41,201 bases of DNA from a virus. The translations under genes were made by a program, and so were the position numbers. Below the pieces are notes generated by a model. The model had not been told where the DNA came from, did not search any database, and worked only from the letters and a program-made list of their open reading frames with translations. The stretch covers positions 1 through 41,201 of IMG/VR virus record IMGVR_UViG_3300045988_107359. The stretch is one strand, 5' to 3'. Shown piece by piece: positions 6,819 to 13,443 of this stretch (the stretch's first letter is position 1; each line of letters starts with the position of its first letter).

Positions 6819-6989
6819 ATGAAAAAGATCATCGCTTGCATCTGCATCGCGCTCGCGGCCTTCGCCGCCGGCCACCTCACCACGATCTACACGCTGGAGA
6901 TCGAGACAGACGGCGACGGCGACAGCGCCATTGTTACCAGCTTCGGGCAGGAGCACTTCTACGGCATCAACGGCTACGAGATCGGCTAA
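6819..6989 (+). CDS. Small secreted or membrane protein (56 aa)
   Basis: Not in the ORF track because it is under 60 aa. RBS CAGGAGG lies 8 nt before the ATG. MKKIIACICIALAAFAAGHL is a signal/TM-like N-terminus. Confidence 0.5.
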   Translation: MKKIIACICIALAAFAAGHLTTIYTLEIETDGDGDSAIVTSFGQEHFYGINGYEIG

Positions 6990-7062
6990 CTCCATTCCGG
7001 GCCTGGGCGGTGTCCCGCAAAACGCCGCACCCCATAAATCTAAAAACAGATAGGAGATAACC

Positions 7063-7578
7063 ATGAAATACTTTATCAATGTGAACACCCTCGCAGAGCT
7101 GAAAGCTCAATACCGCCGTTTGGCGATGAAGCACCACCCCGACAGAGGCGGAGACCTGGAGATCATGAAAGCTATCAATGCAGAACATGATGAGCTTTTC
7201 TCCATCCTCTCCAAAGCTCAGAACGACAAAGCAGCAGCAGACCCCACCGGACGCACCGCAGCCACCACTGAAACCCCGGAAGAGTTCCGGCAGATCATCG
7301 ATCTGCTTCTGAAGCTGGACGGCCTGGAAGTTGAGCTTTGCGGCTCCTGGCTTTGGATTGGTGGCAACACCAAGGAACACAAAGACGCACTGAAAGCGGC
7401 TGGTTGCCGTTGGTGCTCCAAAAAGAAGTTGTGGAGTTGGCACCACCCCGAAGAGGGACAGCGTTACAGCAAGCATGGAAACAAAGACATGGGCTATATC
7501 CGCACTAAGTACGGCTCTCAGACGTTCGAGGCCGGAAAAGAGACCAGCAAGTACGCTAAGATCGGGGCGACCGCGTAA
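7063..7578 (+). CDS. J-domain (DnaJ-like co-chaperone) protein
   Basis: The N-terminus (LKAQYRRLAMKHHPDRGGD..MKAINAEHDELF) contains the HPD tripeptide. The C-terminal LCGSWLWIGGNTKEHKDALKAAGCRWCSKKKLWSW module recurs in Firmicutes mobile elements (recalled, not searched). Confidence 0.8.
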   Translation: MKYFINVNTLAELKAQYRRLAMKHHPDRGGDLEIMKAINAEHDELFSILSKAQNDKAAADPTGRTAATTETPEEFRQIIDLLLKLDGLEVELCGSWLWIGGNTKEHKDALKAAGCRWCSKKKLWSWHHPEEGQRYSKHGNKDMGYIRTKYGSQTFEAGKETSKYAKIGATA

Positions 7579-7599
7579 GCGGTCCCCCAGGAGGTAACA

Positions 7600-8055
7600 A
7601 TGGGATACAAAGATTTGCTTCTCCGATTCGGAGAAATCCAAGAGCAGGCCGAGCGCAAGATTTACATTTATGTAAGAGCCCCCGAAACCCTAAAAACAGC
7701 GAAAGAAATCGCCTGGAGAGACTGCGATGCAGCAGCCAAAATTAAAGAGCTGGAAGCCATAACAGAAGCTTTGAAAGACTACCGCACAGCCCTAGCGAAA
7801 CGATACGGAGAACTCGAAACGATGCCATACAAAGACGCGCTAAAGATCGAGCGTGTCCCACATTGGAAAAAACATATAGAGTATATCGTGACCATAACAA
7901 GGGTTTTCGAGGACGGAACCCAGAGAGAAGAGCTTCGAGAGATATACAAAGGAAAAGAACGTAAAGCAGCCCTCGGCAGATACGAAGGGCTTCGCAAGCA
8001 ATTTCCCGGCATCGAATCGACCAAAATGATTGATAAGCGAAGTTGGGAGAAATAA
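7600..8055 (+). CDS. Hypothetical protein
   Basis: 151-aa ORF with RBS CAGGAGG, same strand and operon. No motif recognised. Confidence 0.6.
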   Translation: MGYKDLLLRFGEIQEQAERKIYIYVRAPETLKTAKEIAWRDCDAAAKIKELEAITEALKDYRTALAKRYGELETMPYKDALKIERVPHWKKHIEYIVTITRVFEDGTQREELREIYKGKERKAALGRYEGLRKQFPGIESTKMIDKRSWEK

Positions 8056-8143
8056 GCCGAAACGCCCCTTCCGGGCGTCTGCCGGAAATAGCCTACCGGC
8101 ACTGATGAGGCAGGCTAAACACAAGACCAGGAGGATGAATACC

Positions 8144-8335
8144 ATGAAAACCTATTATTTCCCCGACAATGAACACTACGACGCTTTCTTCGGCGCTTTT
8201 ACCCCTATCTGCGTAGACCTAGCCGAGTTGGAGCGCCTGGCCCGTGGCTGGGAGATTGATTTCGATGAGCTGTTAGACCAAGTACACGAAGCAAGAGGCG
8301 ATGAGATCGCCGAGTACGGCGTTTGTGATAGCTGA
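8144..8335 (+). CDS. Small acidic protein (63 aa)
   Basis: ATG lies 9 nt after AGGAGG (8129-8134). 16 Asp/Glu against 4 Lys/Arg. Lies directly upstream of the CasB-like gene. Confidence 0.55.
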   Translation: MKTYYFPDNEHYDAFFGAFTPICVDLAELERLARGWEIDFDELLDQVHEARGDEIAEYGVCDS

Positions 8336-8414
8336 AACATCCTTCAGGATGTCCGCCGGGATTGCAAAACCAAGCAATCCCTGGTAAGATTAAGAAAAAC
8401 AGGAGGTTTTAACT

Positions 8415-8930
8415 ATGAAGAAAACCAATGAGTTCTTCTCCAACATCGACCGTCTGCCGCTGGGCAAGCGAAACGCCTTGAGGGACGAGGCAAAGAATCA
8501 GTTCGGCCAGGTCGAGCACCCTAGCACCTACGCTCACTTCTTTAGTTGCCTGCCCGAAACTATCCCGGAAGAGTTAGAAAGCCGCTGCTATTTCGCAGCC
8601 TGCCTTCACTGCTTGTGGCCGGTTGGCACTACCAACCGCCTGCCGGTAGAAGAAATCCTATGGGATATAGCAAGGAAAGATGCACAGAAGCAGAAGAAAC
8701 TGGAGCACGATTTGAAAATCCTGCTTGATTACCAGTGGGGAACCGGCGACATCCTGCCTGGTAAAATTTATCACCTGGCCAAGATTTTCAAAAATGAGGG
8801 CTATGCTATCGACTGCGCCGCTCTGCTGGACGATTTGATAAACTGGGACGACCTGAAACAAACCGTGCAGCTTAAATGGTCTCGCGCTGTTTACATGAAA
8901 CCAGGCACAGACGGAATTTTATATTGCTGA
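8415..8930 (+). CDS. casB: CasB/Cse2-like protein (type I-E Cascade small-subunit homologue), orphan
   Basis: 171 aa with RBS AGGAGG. N-terminal LPLGKRNALRDE and C-terminal IDCAALLDDLINW..TVQLKWSRAVYM match my recollection of Cse2 landmarks (LxxGxxAxLRR; DhxxLhxDLxxW...WARxYY), and the size fits. Not verified by a profile search. Confidence 0.55.
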   Translation: MKKTNEFFSNIDRLPLGKRNALRDEAKNQFGQVEHPSTYAHFFSCLPETIPEELESRCYFAACLHCLWPVGTTNRLPVEEILWDIARKDAQKQKKLEHDLKILLDYQWGTGDILPGKIYHLAKIFKNEGYAIDCAALLDDLINWDDLKQTVQLKWSRAVYMKPGTDGILYC

Positions 8931-8936
8931 CGCCCC

Positions 8937-8965
8937 TAGACAAACAACGAAAGTTGTCGTATAAT
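8937..8965 (+). promoter_or_regulatory. Near-consensus promoter of a small-RNA cassette
   Basis: TAGACA (8937-8942), 17 nt, TATAAT (8960-8965), with TG at -16/-15. Confidence 0.5.
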
Positions 8966-8971
8966 GCGCTT

Positions 8972-9043
8972 GTAATCCTTCGCAGGATTCAGCGCGACAA
9001 TCCCCCTTCCCGGTTATCAGGACCGAGAGGGGGGATGCTTTTT
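8972..9043 (+). ncRNA. Candidate ~70-nt small RNA ending in an intrinsic terminator
   Basis: 5' hairpin AAUCCU-UCGC-AGGAUU (8974-8989). Then a 14-bp hairpin AUCCCCCUUCCCGGU / ACCGAGAGGGGGGAU (9000-9036) followed by GCUUUUU. No ORF. Confidence 0.4.
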
Positions 9044-9239
9044 GACAGAAATTTGACAGGCCGAAATAGGTTATTCTGGGTAAAAATAAGGCATTTTAAG
9101 GCACAGAAACAGCTCAAAAACAGCCCATAAATAGGCACAGAAAAACCCGCAAACCGTTGGTATTCAATGGCTTGCGGGTTTTCGGTTGTTCGGATTCAGA
9201 ATTTCACCTAATCAAGACACGACGACATATTAAAACCCC
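9041..9239. other. Probable attP region (arm-type direct repeats)
   Basis: Non-coding stretch downstream of int. TTTGACAG occurs twice (9041-9048, 9052-9059) and AGGCACAGAAA twice (9099-9109, 9133-9143). The core site is not identified. Confidence 0.3.
9141..9183. terminator. Bidirectional terminator downstream of int
   Basis: AACCCGCAAACC / GGCTTGCGGGTT stem (one mismatch), flanked by A5 upstream and T4 downstream. Confidence 0.6.
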
Positions 9240-10367
9240 TTATTTATCAACGCTTTCCGCGTTTTCTACATCATCTTGACAGAGAAATTGATTCAGCCTC
9301 TCCGTTGCCGCTTTCTTCTGCCGTTTCCTGATGTGCGTGTACACGTTCAGCGTGGTTTGGATATCCGCATGGCCAAGAAGATCTTGCATATCCTTCATCC
9401 CAACGCCAGCTTCATATAAAATCGTGGCGTAATAGTGCCGCAGCTGGTGAGATGTAACTGTTACCCTCCACCTATCCAATCCACGCAGTTTCTTTTTCCC
9501 CTCCTGCTGTTCTTTCTCTTCTGCCAACCCCGCAGAAATACACCACCGTTTCCACGCGCGGTGATACTCATTTGCTGTCATGTAGCCGTTTTTCCCCTTA
9601 AATATCATCCCGCTTTTGTTGCGTGGAAGCCGCCGTTTCAGCTGTTCCAACAGGGATATCTCCCGTTCTCCTGCATCCGTTTTCGGCGTTTTCACGCGCG
9701 GGATACCATTGATAAATTCAACGGAATGTTTCACACTGATCAGATTTTTCTCCCAGTCGAAATCTTCCCAGCGCAGGGCCAGCAGTTCAGCGCGGCGCAT
9801 CCCAGTAAACGCCTGGAGCAGCGGAAACAGCCCGAATCCTTCACCACCAAATGCCGCCCGCACCTTATCCATTTGTTCGTCTTCCGGCGGCTCCCTGGTC
9901 CCTTTTGGCAGGTTTCCGGGCAGCCTTGCAGATCGCGCTGGGTTGTATTTAATCATACGCTTCAAAATAGCGTAATCAAAAATCCCGTTCATCACGTTCT
10001 TGCGCTTGGACACAGCACTAAACCCCAACCCCTTCGCCGCTGCGCTCTTTAAAAAGTCCATGATCTCATCAGCGTAAATGTCGCCAATGTTTCGCCCGGA
10101 AAACCAGTCCTTCGCTTCGCGCAAAGAGGGCATGTATCCGTGCTCTGTGTTCCAGCCGACCTTATCCACCTCTATCTTAAAATTGAGCCACTCATCCGCC
10201 ACCGTCTCAAACAGCACGGCCTTCTCCTTGGCTTCCTCTTCGGCCCGGTTCCACTCAGCTATCTTCCGCCGTACTTCCTTCTGTGTTTTGCCGTAGAAGT
10301 ATTTGGGTTTCGCCATCCCCGGCAGCTTCACTTGCTCCTGCCACCGTCCGTCCTTGCGTTTAATCAT
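9240..10367 (-). CDS. int: Tyrosine integrase
   Basis: 375 aa. The C-terminal catalytic region (HQLRHYYATILYEAGVGMKDMQDLLGHADIQTTLNVYTH) carries the R..H-x-x-R..Y signature of tyrosine recombinases. Confidence 0.9.
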   Translation of the reverse strand: MIKRKDGRWQEQVKLPGMAKPKYFYGKTQKEVRRKIAEWNRAEEEAKEKAVLFETVADEWLNFKIEVDKVGWNTEHGYMPSLREAKDWFSGRNIGDIYADEIMDFLKSAAAKGLGFSAVSKRKNVMNGIFDYAILKRMIKYNPARSARLPGNLPKGTREPPEDEQMDKVRAAFGGEGFGLFPLLQAFTGMRRAELLALRWEDFDWEKNLISVKHSVEFINGIPRVKTPKTDAGEREISLLEQLKRRLPRNKSGMIFKGKNGYMTANEYHRAWKRWCISAGLAEEKEQQEGKKKLRGLDRWRVTVTSHQLRHYYATILYEAGVGMKDMQDLLGHADIQTTLNVYTHIRKRQKKAATERLNQFLCQDDVENAESVDK

Positions 10368-10595
10368 TGCATTTACCTCCTAGTTGTGATACACTAGAGG
10401 GGTATCCATACCAGATACAACCCCCATAGAACCGTCCGGGCCTGCGTCAACTCCTGGACGGTTCTTTCCTTTTGTCGATTAGCTCCCAAATTCTGCTAGT
10501 TTTTGTTGCCCTCTGGGTATATACTGGCCCCGGTGACTGTATCACAGCCTCCGCAGGAAGGGCCGCGTATAATGAAAGCAGAAATGGAGGGAACC

Positions 10596-10778
10596 ATGAA
10601 CAACATCGAAAGAGTGGCTGCCTTTATCGACAGCCGAGAAGAAGCAGAATCTATCCGTCTCCTACTCTCCCATACTTTTAAGCCACGCTTCTATAAGCTG
10701 GACAAGGGCTATCAGCATATCGGCCTGGTTGTCGGTGAGGTCCTCGCCGGGCTTGATAATCCCCCTGCTAACAAGTAA
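10596..10778 (+). CDS. Hypothetical 60-aa ORF, convergent with and overlapping the repressor 3' end (doubtful)
   Basis: RBS GGAGGG lies 6 nt before the ATG, and TATAAT sits at 10568-10573. Overlaps the repressor gene by 117 nt on the opposite strand. Confidence 0.3.
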   Translation: MNNIERVAAFIDSREEAESIRLLLSHTFKPRFYKLDKGYQHIGLVVGEVLAGLDNPPANK

Positions 10779-11045
10779 ATCCTCTAACCACTCCCTTGTG
10801 CTTTTAACAGGCGCAGGGGAGTTTTCTTCTTCTATCCCTATCAGTTCGTTCGGGTCCATATCCAACGCAGCAGAGAGGGCCTTTAACCGTGTTATAGGGA
10901 TGTTCTTGATTGCGCCCGTCTCATAGCGTTGCAGCGTGGAGCGGCTCATTCCGGTTACATCCGCGAGATCGGCGTAGGAGTAACCGAGCTGTTTTCTCCT
11001 ATACGCTAGTTTTTTCGCAATTTCATTGTAATCTAGTTCTTTCAT
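10662..11045 (-). CDS. CI-like repressor (XRE-family HTH)
   Basis: N-terminal HTH (LGYSYADLADVTGMSRSTLQRYETG). Divergent from a Cro-like gene, with shared operators between them. Confidence 0.85.
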   Translation of the reverse strand: MKELDYNEIAKKLAYRRKQLGYSYADLADVTGMSRSTLQRYETGAIKNIPITRLKALSAALDMDPNELIGIEEENSPAPVKSTREWLEDLLVSRGIIKPGEDLTDNQADMLIALVQLIEAWLKSMGE

Positions 11046-11057
11046 AGTTTCACCTCT

Positions 11058-11175
11058 TTGCGTACATTATACACCATCCGATTTATCCACGCAACATTTT
11101 TTTCAAAAAAGTTGCGCAAATGGGTTGACATATCCTGGACCAGGGTGTATTATAAAATCATCCCAGGTACGCAAC
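11058..11175. promoter_or_regulatory. Lysis-lysogeny switch: four operators plus divergent promoters
   Basis: GTTGCG(T/C)A(C/A) sites at 11058-11065, 11088-11095, 11111-11119 and 11167-11175. Rightward promoter TTGACA (11125-11130), 17 nt, TATTAT (11148-11153). Leftward promoter TTGCGT (11094-11089), 17 nt, TATAAT (11071-11066). Confidence 0.7.
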
Positions 11176-11240
11176 ACCAATCAGGGAGTGAACCTTGAAA
11201 ACTGAATGTAAAAAGTTTTCTCAGAAAGCGAGGTGAAAGT

Positions 11241-11435
11241 ATGAACGCCAATCTTATTCGTGGGAAAATCGCAGAACGCGGTCTCACTCAGCAAAAACTT
11301 GCTGAGAAAACCGGTATTTCTGAGAACTCCCTCTCAAGAAAGCTCTCAGGAAAGCGTGATTTCCGCCTGGAAGAGGTAAAAAGAATCTGCGCCATTCTTG
11401 GCATAGAGAATCCGTCCCCTTATTTTTTTACCTGA
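11241..11435 (+). CDS. Cro-like HTH regulator
   Basis: 64 aa with HTH LTQQKLAEKTGISENSLSRKLSG. First gene of the rightward early operon. Confidence 0.8.
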   Translation: MNANLIRGKIAERGLTQQKLAEKTGISENSLSRKLSGKRDFRLEEVKRICAILGIENPSPYFFT

Positions 11436-11529
11436 TTTGTCCCAAATAAGCAACAATAGGTACAAATGGGTAAGAATAAGAAAGAATAGGAAAGCCGCCC
11501 AGGTTTCCCTAGACGGCCTCCTACGGTGG

Positions 11530-12060
11530 TTATTCGGTTGGTGGGTGACAGCGGCTACAAGGCGTGTAACCGTCCTCTACGGCCTCTGAGAGCGTTGTCT
11601 CGATCTTGCTTTGTCTCAGGTAAGAGCAACTCTCTCTGTGGTACTTCTCGCCGGTTCGTGTGACGTAAACGATGATCTCATCACTGGCACTTGATGAGGT
11701 CTCGGTTTCGTCCAGGTCTCCGGCGGAGCAGGTGTCCTGCGCGTTGGTGTCGTAGCTCGGTTCTGGTTCCGGCTCTGGTTCCTGTTCCTGCGCCGGTTCC
11801 GCATCTTCTTCCTCTGCTTGTTTCTTTTCCGCTTCTAGCCTTTTGGCGGTTTCGGCAGCTTGCTTTTCAAGTTTATCTCGCGCTTCCTCTAACGCCGAGA
11901 TAGAAGCATCTTGCCTATCATTCGTCTTTTGCTGTTCTTCGTCGGAATTGCACAAGTAGATAACACCAACAATCACAAGCGCGAGAACAAAGTAGTACCA
12001 ATTATCAAGAAACCATCTTAGTTTCTTCTTTGGTTCAACCGACTTGTTTTCGTCTTCCAT
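11530..12060 (-). CDS. Membrane-anchored protein with acidic linker and C-terminal Cys-rich (YH..C...PC..C) domain
   Basis: Start MEDENK has an RBS-like GGGGGTGGATAGGG upstream. TM helix WYYFVLALVIVGVIYL, then an E/Q/P-rich linker, then GEKYHRESCSYL...GYTPCSRCHPP. Antisense to the early operon. Confidence 0.6.
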   Translation of the reverse strand: MEDENKSVEPKKKLRWFLDNWYYFVLALVIVGVIYLCNSDEEQQKTNDRQDASISALEEARDKLEKQAAETAKRLEAEKKQAEEEDAEPAQEQEPEPEPEPSYDTNAQDTCSAGDLDETETSSSASDEIIVYVTRTGEKYHRESCSYLRQSKIETTLSEAVEDGYTPCSRCHPPTE

Positions 12061-12129
12061 CCCTATCCACCCCCTTCCTGAACCAATGATACCAGGTTCA
12101 GGGCCGACATGCAAGAAAGGAGGGCCAAA

Positions 12130-12324
12130 ATGCCCAGAGAGTTACCCGGCTTCCGGGACCAGTTGGAGGACATTCTGTCCTTCAGCAACGGGAACAGAAT
12201 CTTGACAAAAGAGGAAGTCCAAATCTACACCGGTAAAAGTAGAAACTGGTGTGAGAAATATCTCGCTGTTGGAAAAGGCGGCATCACCGCCCAGGTCCTT
12301 GCCAGAAAGTTGGTGAGCTTATGA
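12130..12324 (+). CDS. Hypothetical small protein (possible DNA-binding)
   Basis: ATG lies 5 nt after AAAGGAGGG. 64 aa. Confidence 0.5.
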   Translation: MPRELPGFRDQLEDILSFSNGNRILTKEEVQIYTGKSRNWCEKYLAVGKGGITAQVLARKLVSL

Positions 12325-12776
12325 GCGATTCCGGACACACCACCCGAAAACCTGGGCGAAATCAGCGCTGGGACGTGAACGCGATCCGCTGGAACGCTGT
12401 TGCAGGTACCGACCGCAAACACACCAAGGGCTGTGAGGGATGCCGGTATCACGACTATTACGGGGATTGTATCTACATCCTCGTAGAGGGCCACCGAAGA
12501 GGCGTCCCCATGAAGCCAGGCGGCGGATGCAGCAAGAAGAGCGTGGGCAGAGCCAAGTCCGGCAAGTTCATCCTTACCGACACGCAGAAGCAGATCGCTA
12601 AAGTCTCCAAGGCTTGGGACTTCGACACAGAGAAAGCCGCCCAGTTTTATGAACTCGGCGACAGTGATACAGCGATTGCCAACAAACTGAAGTGTCGCAA
12701 GCAATCTATCCTGGACTGGCGCAAGGCTACCGGGCGCGTGTCCAACTACATCCGCCGTCGGGAGGGCAAGCTATGA
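12321..12776 (+). CDS. Cys-rich protein with C-terminal HTH
   Basis: 151 aa. CEGCRYHDYYGDC..GGGCSKK, then DSDTAIANKLKCRKQSILDWRK. ATGA overlap with the upstream gene. Confidence 0.6.
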   Translation: MSDSGHTTRKPGRNQRWDVNAIRWNAVAGTDRKHTKGCEGCRYHDYYGDCIYILVEGHRRGVPMKPGGGCSKKSVGRAKSGKFILTDTQKQIAKVSKAWDFDTEKAAQFYELGDSDTAIANKLKCRKQSILDWRKATGRVSNYIRRREGKL

Positions 12777-12967
12777 TTTATCGCATCCGACACGTCCGTC
12801 TGAACGACGACGGACACGTCTGTTGGGAAGACCACCGGCGGACAGAGTACAAATCTGACCAGAAGACCTTACTGGGTCAGATCATCACGCGAAAAATCAG
12901 AGGCGGAGAGATTCGGACTTACCGGGTCGAAGCTGCCAAGTTAGAACCAAAGGAGATGCTGAAATGA
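12773..12967 (+). CDS. Hypothetical protein
   Basis: Start MIYRIRH overlaps the upstream stop (ATGA). 64 aa. Confidence 0.5.
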   Translation: MIYRIRHVRLNDDGHVCWEDHRRTEYKSDQKTLLGQIITRKIRGGEIRTYRVEAAKLEPKEMLK

Positions 12968-13131
12968 ACGCAGTACAGGCTATCAAAGCTAAGCACGACC
13001 TGGACGCTCTGCTCAGAGCCATCGCCCCCCGTATGGAGGAGAACGTCAAAGCCCGTCGTGCCAAGGAAGCCAGCCGTCACAAGCTCAACGCCGTCATGGC
13101 TAAAGCGGGGATTCCCCTGCGGGTGCTGTGA
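12964..13131 (+). CDS. Hypothetical 55-aa protein
   Basis: Not in the track. ATGA overlap with the previous stop. MNAVQAIKAKHDLDALL.. Confidence 0.45.
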   Translation: MNAVQAIKAKHDLDALLRAIAPRMEENVKARRAKEASRHKLNAVMAKAGIPLRVL

Positions 13132-13268
13132 TGACCCACGACCACCCCGTGTATCGGCGCTGTATCCGGTGTTCCAAGCATTGGAACGTGAGCGCCATCG
13201 AACCAGGCCCGGACGTGTATGTCTGTCCGAGCTGTGCCAATTTCTTTGAAAGGATGTTGAAGAAGTGA
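13131..13268 (+). CDS. Small zinc-ribbon protein (45 aa)
   Basis: Not in the track. TGATG overlap. CIRC..(18 aa)..CPSC. Confidence 0.45.
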   Translation: MTHDHPVYRRCIRCSKHWNVSAIEPGPDVYVCPSCANFFERMLKK

Positions 13269-13441
13269 AGAAAACCGTGGAGATCACCCGCGAGATCATC
13301 CATGACTTCATCATGGACGAACCCAGCGACTTCGTGGATTTCTGCCAGAAGCTTTATGAGGCAGAGGTCTTAGCCTATCTGGACTACCGTCAGCAGGAGT
13401 TTGACGAGTGGATTGATAGCCGCATCAGAGGGGAGGGTTAA
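13265..13441 (+). CDS. Hypothetical 58-aa protein (GTG start)
   Basis: Not in the track. GTGA overlap, with GAAAGGA 10 nt upstream. Fills the gap to the next gene. Confidence 0.4.
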   Translation: MKKTVEITREIIHDFIMDEPSDFVDFCQKLYEAEVLAYLDYRQQEFDEWIDSRIRGEG

Positions 13442-13443
13442 GC

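Noticed and set aside
6771-7641. Minus-strand ORFs 6771-7088 and 6967-7641
   Set aside because: They are antisense to the RBS-supported small ORF (6819-6989) and to the J-domain gene. There are no RBSs and the composition is shadow-type.
8931-9240. CRISPR repeat, mini-array or solitary repeat next to the CasB-like gene
   Set aside because: I looked for two or more copies of a 28-37-nt repeat and for a type I-E style CCCCGC..GCGGGG hairpin. None is present. The hairpins here are better explained as a promoter-proximal stem plus a terminator.
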